Source of the DNA: an uncultured virus (IMG/VR IMGVR_UViG_2061766007_001281) | Taxonomy: Duplodnaviria > Heunggongvirae > Uroviricota > Caudoviricetes | DNA: 64,000 nt | Virus record (IMG/VR): IMGVR_UViG_2061766007_001281 | Direction: 5' to 3' (one strand) | Part shown: positions 48,182-58,289 of the stretch, piece by piece | Numbering within the stretch: position 1 is the stretch's first letter | Layout of the letters: each line of letters starts with the position of its first letter | The notes under the pieces: model-generated | Databases searched by the model: none | Seen by the model: only the letters and a program-made list of their open reading frames with translations | Told to the model about the DNA's origin: nothing | Program-made: the position numbers and the translations under genes

Positions 48182-49890
48182 ATGAAAAGACTATTTGAGA
48201 ATCTTTGGGGCCACAAAATGAGTGTACTGTCAGCTCTCCTCGTGGCCGTGGCCGTTCTGCTGGGNNNNNNNNNNNNNNNNNNNNGGTGGATCCGGTGCAG
48301 GAAGCAGCTTCACCCAATCCATCAACAGACATCAACCCTTATGACGCCAGCAGCAACCCCGGCGGCCGTCCAGCAGGTGAGGCAGCTATTCCTGACGAGC
48401 AGGGTAACAACACACAGATGCCTAACAACCCCAGCAGCGCAACCAACCTGCGTGATGCCGGTCTGTTGGCAGAGGACTATGACGAGAAAACGGTAGAGTT
48501 CCGTAAGTTCCGTTTCCCCGAAGAGACAATCATCGCACGTGTATGTAAGCCCGTCAAGGCAAAGGATTACGTACATAAGCACTGGGTAACCGGTTCAACC
48601 GACCTGGATGCCGTATATGGCGGTGCTGACATCTCCATCACCTATAACAGCAACAACGCAACCATCGCTATTGCCAAGAGCGCCATTGAGAACTATGAGA
48701 TACTCACCGAGTACTCAGACGTAGTAGTAGAGGGTGTACGCGGTTATGCTAAGGATGACGGCGGCAATCAGATCGCAGACGGTGAGCTGACATTGTTCGT
48801 ACTCAACTCCGACTATGACGGCGGCAGCAAGATTCTGTTTAAGGTTCTTAATCCTCCCACCGCCAGCGGTACCACCGTTAAGATTGAGGCTAACTGCCTG
48901 CTCCATGCTATGGCAACCGCTTGCGCTGAGTCACAGATGCACGTACAGAGTGACGCATTCATCCCTGTTGACGAGGAGTGCTACCTGCAGAAGAAGATTG
49001 AGACCGTTGTTGTCACCGACCGCTTTGAGGAGAGTGAGACCAAGATGTCTTGGAAGACACGTAACCAGCTGGCTTCCGCCAAGGAGAACTTCAAGCGTAA
49101 GTGCGCACGTTCACACTGGAACGGCCGCAAGTACCGTCATCAGGAGTTCGTCAAGGAGACCGGTGGCCGTGAGGACATCTTCCACGAGAAGGGTATCCTC
49201 CGTCAGATTCCTATGCTCTACACACACGGAGCTGAGATGAATGACGATGACTTCCTGGCACTGACTTCACTTATGTTCACCATCAACGCCACCAACGACC
49301 ATGCTTACGCATTCTGCGGTAAGAAGGAGTTGCAGCGTATCATCAAGTACGCCAACAGTTCCATCAAGCATAAGGATGTGGGTAAGGTAGAGGTTAACCG
49401 CTTCGGTATCAAGATACGTAACTATGAGGATAACTTCGGCGCATTGGAGTTCATCTGGTCACAGACACTGGATGACCTGGGTTACACCGACTTCATGGCA
49501 ATCCTTGACCTGGAGAATGCCGAGCGTCCTTACCTCGTTAACGACAAGAAGACCGAGCGTGACATGAGCAAGACCGGTGAGGCACGTGAAGCTAAGGAGT
49601 ACAACCTGGTACGTATTGACTGCGTGGACCTCAAGGGCCATAACGCAGTACTGGCTTGCCCCTCAACCGTGGCTGCTACCAAGACCGCACAGCTGGGTAT
49701 CATAGGTGCTACCTTCTCAGCCGTTTCTGAACTGCCTTCAGGTGACGGACACCCGACCGCAGCAGAGAAACTCCTCAAGTACTTCCTCACCGCTGATGAT
49801 GACACTGCTGGATTCAAGCAGTATGACATTGTTGAGTGGGACAGCGACCTGAGCGCATGGAAACTCTTTGAAGGTATCGTAACCGTCTAA
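48182..49890 (+). CDS. Major capsid protein with a hydrophobic N-terminal leader (joined across an N gap)
   Basis: About 570 aa, high-expression codon usage, follows the scaffold-like gene and is followed by a terminator; N-terminus MSVLSALLVAVAVLLG. Confidence 0.68.
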
Positions 49891-49907
49891 GCAAGACAAA
49901 CCTGCAT

Positions 49908-49950
49908 AATAAGGGGGAGGAACCGAAAACTCCTCTCCCTTATTTCTTTT
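49908..49950 (+). terminator. Intrinsic terminator after the capsid gene
   Basis: AATAAGGGGGAGG...CTCCTCTCCCTTATT followed by TCTTTT. Confidence 0.6.
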
Positions 49951-49978
49951 AATAACCAACAACAAACCAACAACAACT

Positions 49979-50512
49979 ATGGCAACTAAGATTTACGGAG
50001 TGGACGGACAGCGTGAGGCAATCATCAACGTACCACTGGGAAACGGACGCAACTCAATGAAAGTGGAGTTCAAACGCGGCAACAACCAACGTGGCGCTTA
50101 TTACAAACCTGCCACACACATGGCTTCATCAGAGGCAGAGCAGGCCATGATTGAAAGCTCACCTATGTTCAAGACGGGATTTATACGTCTGGTCAAGACC
50201 ATTGAGACGGAGGATGACGTGAAGAAAGCGGCAGAGCAGAAAAAGAAATCCGAAACCGGCGCGCGTAACACACGCCAGCAGTCACAGCAGACAAAGACCG
50301 AGACCGCACCGGAACAGGAGAATGAGAAAGACAATGACGACACCACCGATGCGAACGACACCACCGTCAGCATACCGGAGGTGACTACCATAGAGGAGGC
50401 GCGTGTAGCGCTGAAAGCACACGGAGCAAACGCAGGTGTGCTGATGAACGAGACCGCCATGAAGAACTACATGGCAAAACACGGAATCGTATTCCCCAAC
50501 TTTGAATTCTAA
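49979..50512 (+). CDS. Hypothetical protein (structural module)
   Basis: 177-aa ORF. Confidence 0.7.
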   Translation: MATKIYGVDGQREAIINVPLGNGRNSMKVEFKRGNNQRGAYYKPATHMASSEAEQAMIESSPMFKTGFIRLVKTIETEDDVKKAAEQKKKSETGARNTRQQSQQTKTETAPEQENEKDNDDTTDANDTTVSIPEVTTIEEARVALKAHGANAGVLMNETAMKNYMAKHGIVFPNFEF

Positions 50513-50515
50513 GAT

Positions 50516-51169
50516 ATGATAAAGCTGTATGTTGACGAAGCGATAAGCCTGGTCCGTAAGAATATGGATGAGGTGGATAGCGGCGCGGATATGATGCTGG
50601 TAGAGCCGTCCGCCACGGCGTTGGATGAGGTGATAAGCCGTACCATACCCGAAGCGGTCAATATCGTCAACAGACAGGCACCGGTGAGCTTGCTGGAAGG
50701 TAGCGAGATACCAGGCACAGCCAAGGAGTTGGTGACGGCAAATGACATATACGCCACCAAGCTCAGTCCTGCCAACTCCCTGCGTCTGCTGCGTGTCAAA
50801 GCCAATGACAGCGATTATATTGTCACTACTACGGTGCTGGCAGACAGCCCGGAGGGACGTATGCAGCTCAACTCTTATACGTGCGGACGCTCCGATCACC
50901 CTGTGGTGGTGGAGCATCCGGACGGTACATACATGTATTACTCACATAACAGCAACCAGGGCACGCTCCCTGTCGCTTATCACATGCCGTTATGTGAGCT
51001 GGAAAGCGGTGCGCTGTACGGCGTGGACGTGTCACCCTCACGTAAGTACTATCTTGTGTCAACAAGGGTGAAGGATGATATTGTGCGCCGACTGACAGCA
51101 TTGGTGCTGACCATATACGGCCTCACGGAGAAGGCCAAGTTATTCATAACCGCAGTGAGCAATGAGTAA
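50516..51169 (+). CDS. Putative virion protein
   Basis: 217-aa ORF in the operon. Confidence 0.65.
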   Translation: MIKLYVDEAISLVRKNMDEVDSGADMMLVEPSATALDEVISRTIPEAVNIVNRQAPVSLLEGSEIPGTAKELVTANDIYATKLSPANSLRLLRVKANDSDYIVTTTVLADSPEGRMQLNSYTCGRSDHPVVVEHPDGTYMYYSHNSNQGTLPVAYHMPLCELESGALYGVDVSPSRKYYLVSTRVKDDIVRRLTALVLTIYGLTEKAKLFITAVSNE

Positions 51170-51962
51170 TGAACCAGTTCTTAGTCAGACAGCGCAACAT
51201 AACCTTCTCATGGCGGCTCGTCAACAGACAGGGTGAACCGTTCTCACTGAGCGGATATGATTACCGTCTCGTCTATTACACCGGTCGTGGCACCAGCGGA
51301 CCGATAACTACCACACTTACAGGTGAGCATCATAACGTCCTCAACTGGACGATGACACGTGAGGAGCAGATACAGGCAGGTGTTTACTCCCTCAAACTCG
51401 TCATATTCTTTGATAACACGCTGTACACCATCGTCCGCTATNNNNNNNNNNNNNNNNNNNNNNNNNNNNNNNNNNNNNNNNNNNNNCGGCCGAGACACGT
51501 AACCCCCATACCTGGACACAGGAGAATGAGGAGCAGGAGCCGTTCAGCGTGACGCTGTTCTCCACCGTGGGGGCCGGCGATTCGGACACCCAGTCCATCG
51601 CACATGAGGTGGATGAGCTGGTGAGCGCACGCATACGTGCGCAGCGATACATGGTTATAAATCAGTCACTGGGAGGTAACCTGAGCTGGAGAGACAGCGA
51701 GACGGTGACCTGTAACATTGTCAACGGATATGGTGAGGACGTGACACAGCTCTATGTCAGGTGGTACGTGACACGTGACAGCGGTGACGAGGCCAGTGAT
51801 GCCGTATGGAACGCGCTGCATACCAACACAGGACGTCAGTTCACGATAGCTTTTGACGACCTTAACATAGACTTCGTGAACAGAACCAGTAACCTGTTCA
51901 CGGTGTGGGCTGTGCCAGGTACAGGTAACCCCCTGAGCGCGGAGATGGAATACACATTTTGA
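51169..51962 (+). CDS. Putative tail protein (joined across a gap)
   Basis: ORFs 51169 and 51549 differ in frame only across an N run. Confidence 0.55.
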
Positions 51963-51982
51963 GTTAACATAAAGAATGAGAT

Positions 51983-53300
51983 ATGAGCAGTAACAGATTC
52001 ACATCACAGAGACGGACGACCAAGCTGGTGTTCACACCACTGACGGTGACCTGTCAGCTGAACGTGGCCAACCCCAACTCACCGGCAGCACAGGAGTATG
52101 ACGCTTATGACGACTCATACAACCCCGACCACTCGGTCTATCCTGTCAAGATACATCCTGCGGTCATGGCGTTGGATAAGGACGGACTGGGATTTCCCCA
52201 GCATGTCAACCACCTGCTGTCAATAAGCAGCGGTGACCTTGTATGGTATCTGAATGGCAAAGCCATCGGCACGGTATGGACCGCACGTCCGACCAAGACC
52301 GGTGAGGGTGACTTCTGGATAGACACACAGGCACATGACGAGCGTGGCACACTGTGGATATTCAAGAACTTCAACCCCGATGAGACGATGGACCTTTGTT
52401 TCAAGGGTACGTTCGTGGACTGGCGCACACAGCAGGTTATCGTCATTGAGAGTGACCATATACAGCTGTCCTGCTCATCCAAGGCACCTGATGAGATAAA
52501 GATTACCGTCAGCAAGGAGATGTTCGAGTATGATCCGTTCTTTGACACCAAGCTGCTGTATGACTTCCTGACCGCACGTGGCATATCATACACACCATCC
52601 GTAGCAGGTAAGCAGTATCCGCTGGAGATACGTATGGCTGTGCAGACCGGACGTACAGTGATACGTACCGCATCGGACCTGCTGGATGAGGGTATGTCAG
52701 TGCAGATAGTCAGACGTGGCGCATCCACACCGCTGACACCAGGCAGTGACAGCGCACCGGAGCTGGTGACATTCTCATTCCCTATTATCACGCTGGACTG
52801 CCGTCAGATAGACAATAACGAATATACCGTACAGCTTATCAGGGATAATGAGGTGGTGGCATCGGTGGATTTCATCGTGGTACGTCATACCACGATGCCG
52901 AGCGTGGAGCTTACCAAACCCATGCGTGGCGTGGATATTCCCTATGGTGAGGAGTTCTATGACAACCAGGCGTTCGTAGTGGCACAGGACGGCGCGCAGG
53001 TGGTGTACCCGGAGGTGTTCTACTTGATTAAGTGGTACACACAGCTGTGGAAGACCAGCGGCCAGTCACCTGCTTATGCCAACGCCAAGGCATGGCAGAT
53101 AGGTGAGAAGCTGCAAGNNNNNNNNNNNNNNNNNNNNNCTGGAGAACGTGCTGGATACACGTTTTGACGTGTACTTCGAGCTGGAGGAGCATGCGGTGAT
53201 GGGACGTTGTAAGGACACCTGCATAGAGAGCAGCAGCGATCCCAACTATGAGACGGAGTATTATTTCACTGACGAGAACAATAACCACTTGATAATATGA
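51983..53300 (+). CDS. Putative tail protein (joined across a gap)
   Basis: Beta-rich, about 440 aa. Confidence 0.6.
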
Positions 53301-53509
53301 TGCACTACATTGCTGTTGACGTGGACAGGGCACGGCGATTCGGCTTTGACACGACCAATTACATTGAGGCCGGCGGTAAGGTCATACTCTGCGAGAATGA
53401 CATGCGTCTGGTGAACGCGGACATCCAGCAGGCGGCCGCAGCGCTGGAGGGTACTATCATGACGGCTGGTGAGACACAGGCATGGCTTAGGGAACAATTA
53501 AACACGTAA
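53297..53509 (+). CDS. Small hypothetical protein
   Basis: 70-aa ORF coupled to the upstream gene. Confidence 0.6.
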   Translation: MMHYIAVDVDRARRFGFDTTNYIEAGGKVILCENDMRLVNADIQQAAAALEGTIMTAGETQAWLREQLNT

Positions 53510-53513
53510 TGAT

Positions 53514-54623
53514 ATGGAGAGAATAACACATGGAACTTTTGCCGTGAGCTTCATACGCAACGGCGATGTGATTACAGCCTTCACGGAGATACGTAAAGGC
53601 TCGTCATCAGACGGCACAGCTCTGGTGCAGATATGGGATTCGGATGCAGGCAGCGTGACCGGTGCCACCGATTGGAGCAGCGGACATGAGGAGCAGCAGC
53701 CGTGGATATACTTCCACGTCCGTTCAGCAAACGGATACCCGGTTGCGGTGGACAGCATGTCATTTGCATATAACGGCACCACACTCAGCTTCACAGGTGT
53801 CAACGCATCCACATGGACCACGGCAAGTAACGACAGCCGCTTCGCAGCCAAGATAATTGACGGTGTATGGTGCATCAAGATACAGGGTAACCTCATCGCT
53901 GCCGATGTGCTGGGTAACAAACAGCTGACATATACCGTCAACTACACGTCACTGGGTATGTCAAGCAGCATATCAGGTAACGTGCAGATATGGCTGTTGT
54001 CAGGACAGGGCAGCGCGGTACGTATGTACCTGGTGACCAACTACAAGGAGCTGTCACTGGCTAACCCGACCGCCACCGTCACCGCATACGCCATACTGGG
54101 TACCAACTTCATAACACTGGATGGTGCGGCAGGATATAACATCAAATGGTATCACACCGATCCGGAGGATAGCAGCAACCAGATTACTGCGGCTGCGACC
54201 GCCAGCAGCATCACCGTGACACGTGACATGATTGAGGGTTCGGACCTGATATTCGCCAAGCTCTATTACGGACAGAACCCTGTCGTGGGCGCACATATAT
54301 CCATCAAGGACGTGGATGACGTGTACCAGGTCAAGTACACACCGACCAGCACCACAGGTAACTACGTGAGTATGGACCATAACGCGCAGTACACGCTGTC
54401 ACTGCTTAAGAACCTCAGCCCTTACAGCCCGACCGGTGGTATCACATGGCTGTCACGTATCTATAACATACACTCCGAGCAGATGGGTAGCGCGATCAGC
54501 GGCAGCACCATAACGGTGACACCCGACCACTGCAAGTACTGGGAGCTGGAAGATACCAACCATGAGGGACAGGTGGGTTATGCCGATGTGGATATATCCA
54601 CCACCGCGACATTCAACGACTAA
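53514..54623 (+). CDS. Putative tail protein with Ig-like beta repeats
   Basis: 369 aa, S/T-rich; IKWY...SITVTRDMI pattern. Confidence 0.6.
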   Translation: MERITHGTFAVSFIRNGDVITAFTEIRKGSSSDGTALVQIWDSDAGSVTGATDWSSGHEEQQPWIYFHVRSANGYPVAVDSMSFAYNGTTLSFTGVNASTWTTASNDSRFAAKIIDGVWCIKIQGNLIAADVLGNKQLTYTVNYTSLGMSSSISGNVQIWLLSGQGSAVRMYLVTNYKELSLANPTATVTAYAILGTNFITLDGAAGYNIKWYHTDPEDSSNQITAAATASSITVTRDMIEGSDLIFAKLYYGQNPVVGAHISIKDVDDVYQVKYTPTSTTGNYVSMDHNAQYTLSLLKNLSPYSPTGGITWLSRIYNIHSEQMGSAISGSTITVTPDHCKYWELEDTNHEGQVGYADVDISTTATFND

Positions 54624-54642
54624 TCATTAAACAATTACGGAT

Positions 54643-55957
54643 ATGGATAAACAACTGACCGCCGTTGACTTCATCACTGAGATAGGTGATGACTACGGCA
54701 TTTTCATGAACTCAGGTAACGGTGTCCGTCAGATGACGTTCAAGGACCTCAAAGGACACCTGACGGATAATGACGACCTGATACTGAACGAGCTGGCGTT
54801 CTATATGGACATCAACAAAGGCAGCTCCTTCTCATCCAACGCAGCGTCCAGGGTGGACGTGGGCGGTAACATGCACATGCGTCAGCTGTGGGAGGACGCC
54901 GGACGTTCCATCCTCATGGATGCCAACGGTAACTACTGCGAGCTGAGTAAGCTGGATAGCCGTTACACCGTGGACGGCGAGTATATACTGACTGCCGAAG
55001 GTGCGCTCAAGAGCGCGTTCGCACATGGTGACATGATGAAGATAATTCCGCAGACTTACGGCCGTCTGCAGACCGTGGGAACCGGCGCAGGTCAGTTCAT
55101 ACGTCTGTGGCTGTCACTGGCTCCCCTGCCAGGCGGNNNNNNNNNNTTCAAGTGTTCTATTTCAGACAGCAAGCTGCGTTCACTGCCCGGTGTGGTGACG
55201 GCAGACACACATACCATCAAGAGCTTCTGGGATTTGGCACAGGCACGTTCCACCAACCACGGACTGGCCAACATGGACTTCCGCAATTACCTTATATTCC
55301 ACATGATGTCCAAGTATGCATGGCGTGACAGCCAGGCATGTAAGACCGGTGATAACAGCTTGGTATGGGGTGTGGGCTTGGACGGCTCAGAGAGTGCGTC
55401 TGACGCTTTCAACCGTCAGAAAGGTATCAAGACCGGTGCCACACTCGCGCTGGGTGACCAGGACGGTAAGGCAGAGGTACTGGACAGCAACAGCGATACC
55501 GTACACTCAGTCAACGTAGCTGGTTTTGAGAACCCCTGGGGACAGAAATGGGAGATGGTACAGGGCCTCTGCTCCGTAGGTACGGACGTGTACTGCTGGC
55601 GTAGCAACTTCATGCCGTCAGAAAACCAGCCGACCGCAGCCACCTTCGTGGATGGTGAAGTGCAGATCGTGGAGCATGTCAAGCTGACACGTTCTACCAG
55701 ACCGTCTAACACAGCTCCGCTGCCTACCGCTATGAACATCGTGGCAGACGGCATACTGAAGGGTGTCTATTTCGTTCCTGAGACTACCAATACAGATATT
55801 GCCTATGGNNNNNNNNNNNNNNNNNNNNNNNNNNNNNNNNNNNNNNNNNNNNNNNNNNNNNNNNNNNNNNNNNNNNNNNNNNNNNNNNNNNNNNNNNNNT
55901 GCTTACTACGGTAGTTTGAACAAAGTGACAACCGCACGATTCAAGCAGCTGGCATAA
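54643..55957 (+). CDS. DGR primary target: putative receptor-binding protein with a C-type-lectin-like C-terminus
   Basis: GFENPWGQKWEMV motif; directly upstream of TR and RT; VR position is N-masked (55809-55899) and followed by ...AYYGSLNKVTTARFKQLA*. Confidence 0.78.
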
Positions 55958-55967
55958 CTTATTCAGG

Positions 55968-55991
55968 CCCGCGTCACTCAGGTGACGCGGG
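55968..55991 (+). other. GC-rich hairpin downstream of VR1 (DGR target-recognition hairpin candidate)
   Basis: CCCGCGTCAC-TCAG-GTGACGCGGG, perfect 10-bp stem with 4-nt loop. Confidence 0.7.
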
Positions 55992-56099
55992 ACCGGAATA
56001 TATTTTGAGAACATTGAATGTATTGTTAAACAGTTTTCTTTGAGACATCACAAAGAACAAATCCATTTTTCTCAGGGAAATGGTGGGCGTAGCGGTACT

Positions 56100-56217
56100 T
56101 AAGCTGTGGCTGTTCGGCGGCAACTCGAACAACGGTGCGAATTGCGGCCTCGCTTATGCGAACTCGAACAACGCTTGGACGAACTCGAACTCGAACATCT
56201 CGGCTCGCCTAACTATG
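56100..56217 (+). repeat. DGR template repeat (TR); 5' boundary approximate
   Basis: AAC-rich frame KLWLFGGNSNNGANCGLAYANSNNAWTNSNSNISARL, upstream of the RT; adenine-only differences from VR2. Confidence 0.92.
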
Positions 56218-56425
56218 TTAAGCAAGAAAAAACATCAGGATGCCAGTACTGCGTCATAGGAACGCATCCGGGTACCGTAAGCCTCGGCAGCGTGCGCGTA
56301 TGTTAAGCACGTGATGGCCGAAACAACATTCACCTTGCGCGGATCAGGGCCAGCCCTGCCGCCTGTGACGTTAGTAAGCCGAAAGGATTTGAACACTTCA
56401 CGCAGAAACGATAGCAAGAGTAAGA

Positions 56426-57847
56426 ATGAAAAGAGAAGGTCATATTTATGAGCAGATGGCCCAATGGGAGAACATCGTGGAGGCTGAGAAGGTATCTACC
56501 AGACGTAAGGCACGTAACATTGGAGTGAAACGACACGTAGCCAACCGCTGGCGTAACCTCACGGAGATACAACGACTGGTACTGGACGGAAAGATGTACA
56601 CCGCAGAATACCAGCATGAGAAACGAATCAGCGGACAGGATAAGGAGCGTGACATCGCAAAGCTCCGTTTTCATCCCTCACATATAGAACATCAGCTGCT
56701 CACTATGGCCGGAACACCGAGAGTGGACAGGACACTGATACGGCACACATACGCGAGCCGTAAAGGATACGGACAGATTGCATGTGCAAGGTCTATCCGT
56801 AAGGTGGTACTCCGATACCGCGGACAGGAACGCTGGTATGCGCAGGGTGACATACGTAAGTACTATCACAGCATACAGCACACACTGATACGTAGTGATA
56901 TGGAGCGTCTGTTCAAGGATAAGCGTTACGTGGATGCTTTCATGGAGCCGTTCACACGTTTCGCACCTGATGGCGTGGGTATTCCGCTGGGTATCCGTCC
57001 CAGTCAGATAACAGGTAACCTGATACTGACAGGGTTTGACCATTACATGACCGAAGTGGTACATGCAGCCGATTACCGCCGTTACCTGGATGACTTCATG
57101 TTCACAGGAGCCACCAAAGGTGAGGTGAGACGTAAGATACGTATGGCGGAGGCATACCTGCAGAAGCGGTCCTTCTCACTGCATGAGCCGAAAGTAAGAC
57201 GGCTCAGTGAGGGGCTGGATATGATGGGATACGTGTTCTATCCTGTACGTGACGGCATGTGGTGGAGACGTAAAGACAAGAGACGCTGGCTCAAACGGCG
57301 TGCCCATGTGCATAACCCCAAACGGCTGCGTGAACTGGATGATGCGGCGTGGGGTATGCTCAAATGGGGTAACAACCACGGACGTAGGATGTGGGAGAAG
57401 AAAACAGGCAGAGAGATAAAGATGGGAGTGAAGTATAAGAACAGCGGCATACAGAGGACGGAACGTGTGGACAGCAACGGCGTTCCGTTCATGGATGAGC
57501 CGCGTATGAGCATGCAGCCGTTACTGGGTAAGACGGTGGAGATTGACCGCTGGCTGAAAGGGGTATGTACCTCACAGGGGCCGGGCCGTTATGCGCTCCG
57601 TGTCCTGTTTATGGGTGACTGGTATAAGCTCATCGTCAACGCTGTGGAGATAAAGAACTTCCTTGATGATATGGAGAAGAACGGCGTGACACGTCTGAAA
57701 ACCGTGTTCACGGATACCGGCTCACTCCATTACGCGGTGGATGAGAACCAGACGGAGATACTGGAAGTCAACGGCCGCAGGGTTATAGAGTATGAAGGTA
57801 AGGTGCTGTTTGAGGACACCAAGGAGGAAGTGGAATTCAACATTTAA
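56426..57847 (+). CDS. DGR reverse transcriptase with a C-terminal extension of about 140 aa
   Basis: QGDIRKYY, IPLGIRPSQ (DGR-type LGxxxSQ), RYLDD, DMMGY. Confidence 0.95.
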   Translation: MKREGHIYEQMAQWENIVEAEKVSTRRKARNIGVKRHVANRWRNLTEIQRLVLDGKMYTAEYQHEKRISGQDKERDIAKLRFHPSHIEHQLLTMAGTPRVDRTLIRHTYASRKGYGQIACARSIRKVVLRYRGQERWYAQGDIRKYYHSIQHTLIRSDMERLFKDKRYVDAFMEPFTRFAPDGVGIPLGIRPSQITGNLILTGFDHYMTEVVHAADYRRYLDDFMFTGATKGEVRRKIRMAEAYLQKRSFSLHEPKVRRLSEGLDMMGYVFYPVRDGMWWRRKDKRRWLKRRAHVHNPKRLRELDDAAWGMLKWGNNHGRRMWEKKTGREIKMGVKYKNSGIQRTERVDSNGVPFMDEPRMSMQPLLGKTVEIDRWLKGVCTSQGPGRYALRVLFMGDWYKLIVNAVEIKNFLDDMEKNGVTRLKTVFTDTGSLHYAVDENQTEILEVNGRRVIEYEGKVLFEDTKEEVEFNI

Positions 57848-57859
57848 CATCATAACATT

Positions 57860-58273
57860 ATGAAGACAGGTATTTTACAGAGACGTTGGAGCGCACAGCT
57901 CCCGGAGGCATTTGACCGCGAGTGCCGTTACGTGCGTATGGACATCATCGCAGAGAGCCGAGAGGAGAACGGCGAGACCGTGAACGGATACTCCTATGTG
58001 GAGGTGCAGATAGACAAGCTGATTGACTACGGACATATCAAGAGTCAGCTTATTGAAGCCGGTTATCCGCAGAAAGATGAGTTTGGACTGCTGATGAACG
58101 CGGTAAACGCATTCATAGGCTCCGTCAAGGGCGCAAGCAGCTGGGCTAACTTCAAGACTGCCGTAAATGAAGATGAGGCACTGGCTAAGTTCCAGGAGTT
58201 CTGCGAGTACCGTTCCATGTGTGCGGATGCAGCCGCCACCGTGGTACAGAGCTATGCTAACATGATGCAGTAA
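57860..58273 (+). CDS. Hypothetical protein downstream of the RT
   Basis: 137-aa ORF. Confidence 0.7.
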   Translation: MKTGILQRRWSAQLPEAFDRECRYVRMDIIAESREENGETVNGYSYVEVQIDKLIDYGHIKSQLIEAGYPQKDEFGLLMNAVNAFIGSVKGASSWANFKTAVNEDEALAKFQEFCEYRSMCADAAATVVQSYANMMQ

Positions 58274-58289
58274 TCAAAGCAGGTAGGAC

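Noticed and set aside
56106..56306. 66-aa ORF overlapping the TR as a possible avd gene
   Set aside because: It is an off-frame reading of the AAC-rich TR, too short, and has no Avd-like features
56426..57847. Group II intron or retron reverse transcriptase
   Set aside because: The LGxxxSQ motif, adjacent TR and A-specific VR match identify a DGR; no retron VTG motif or intron domain V was seen
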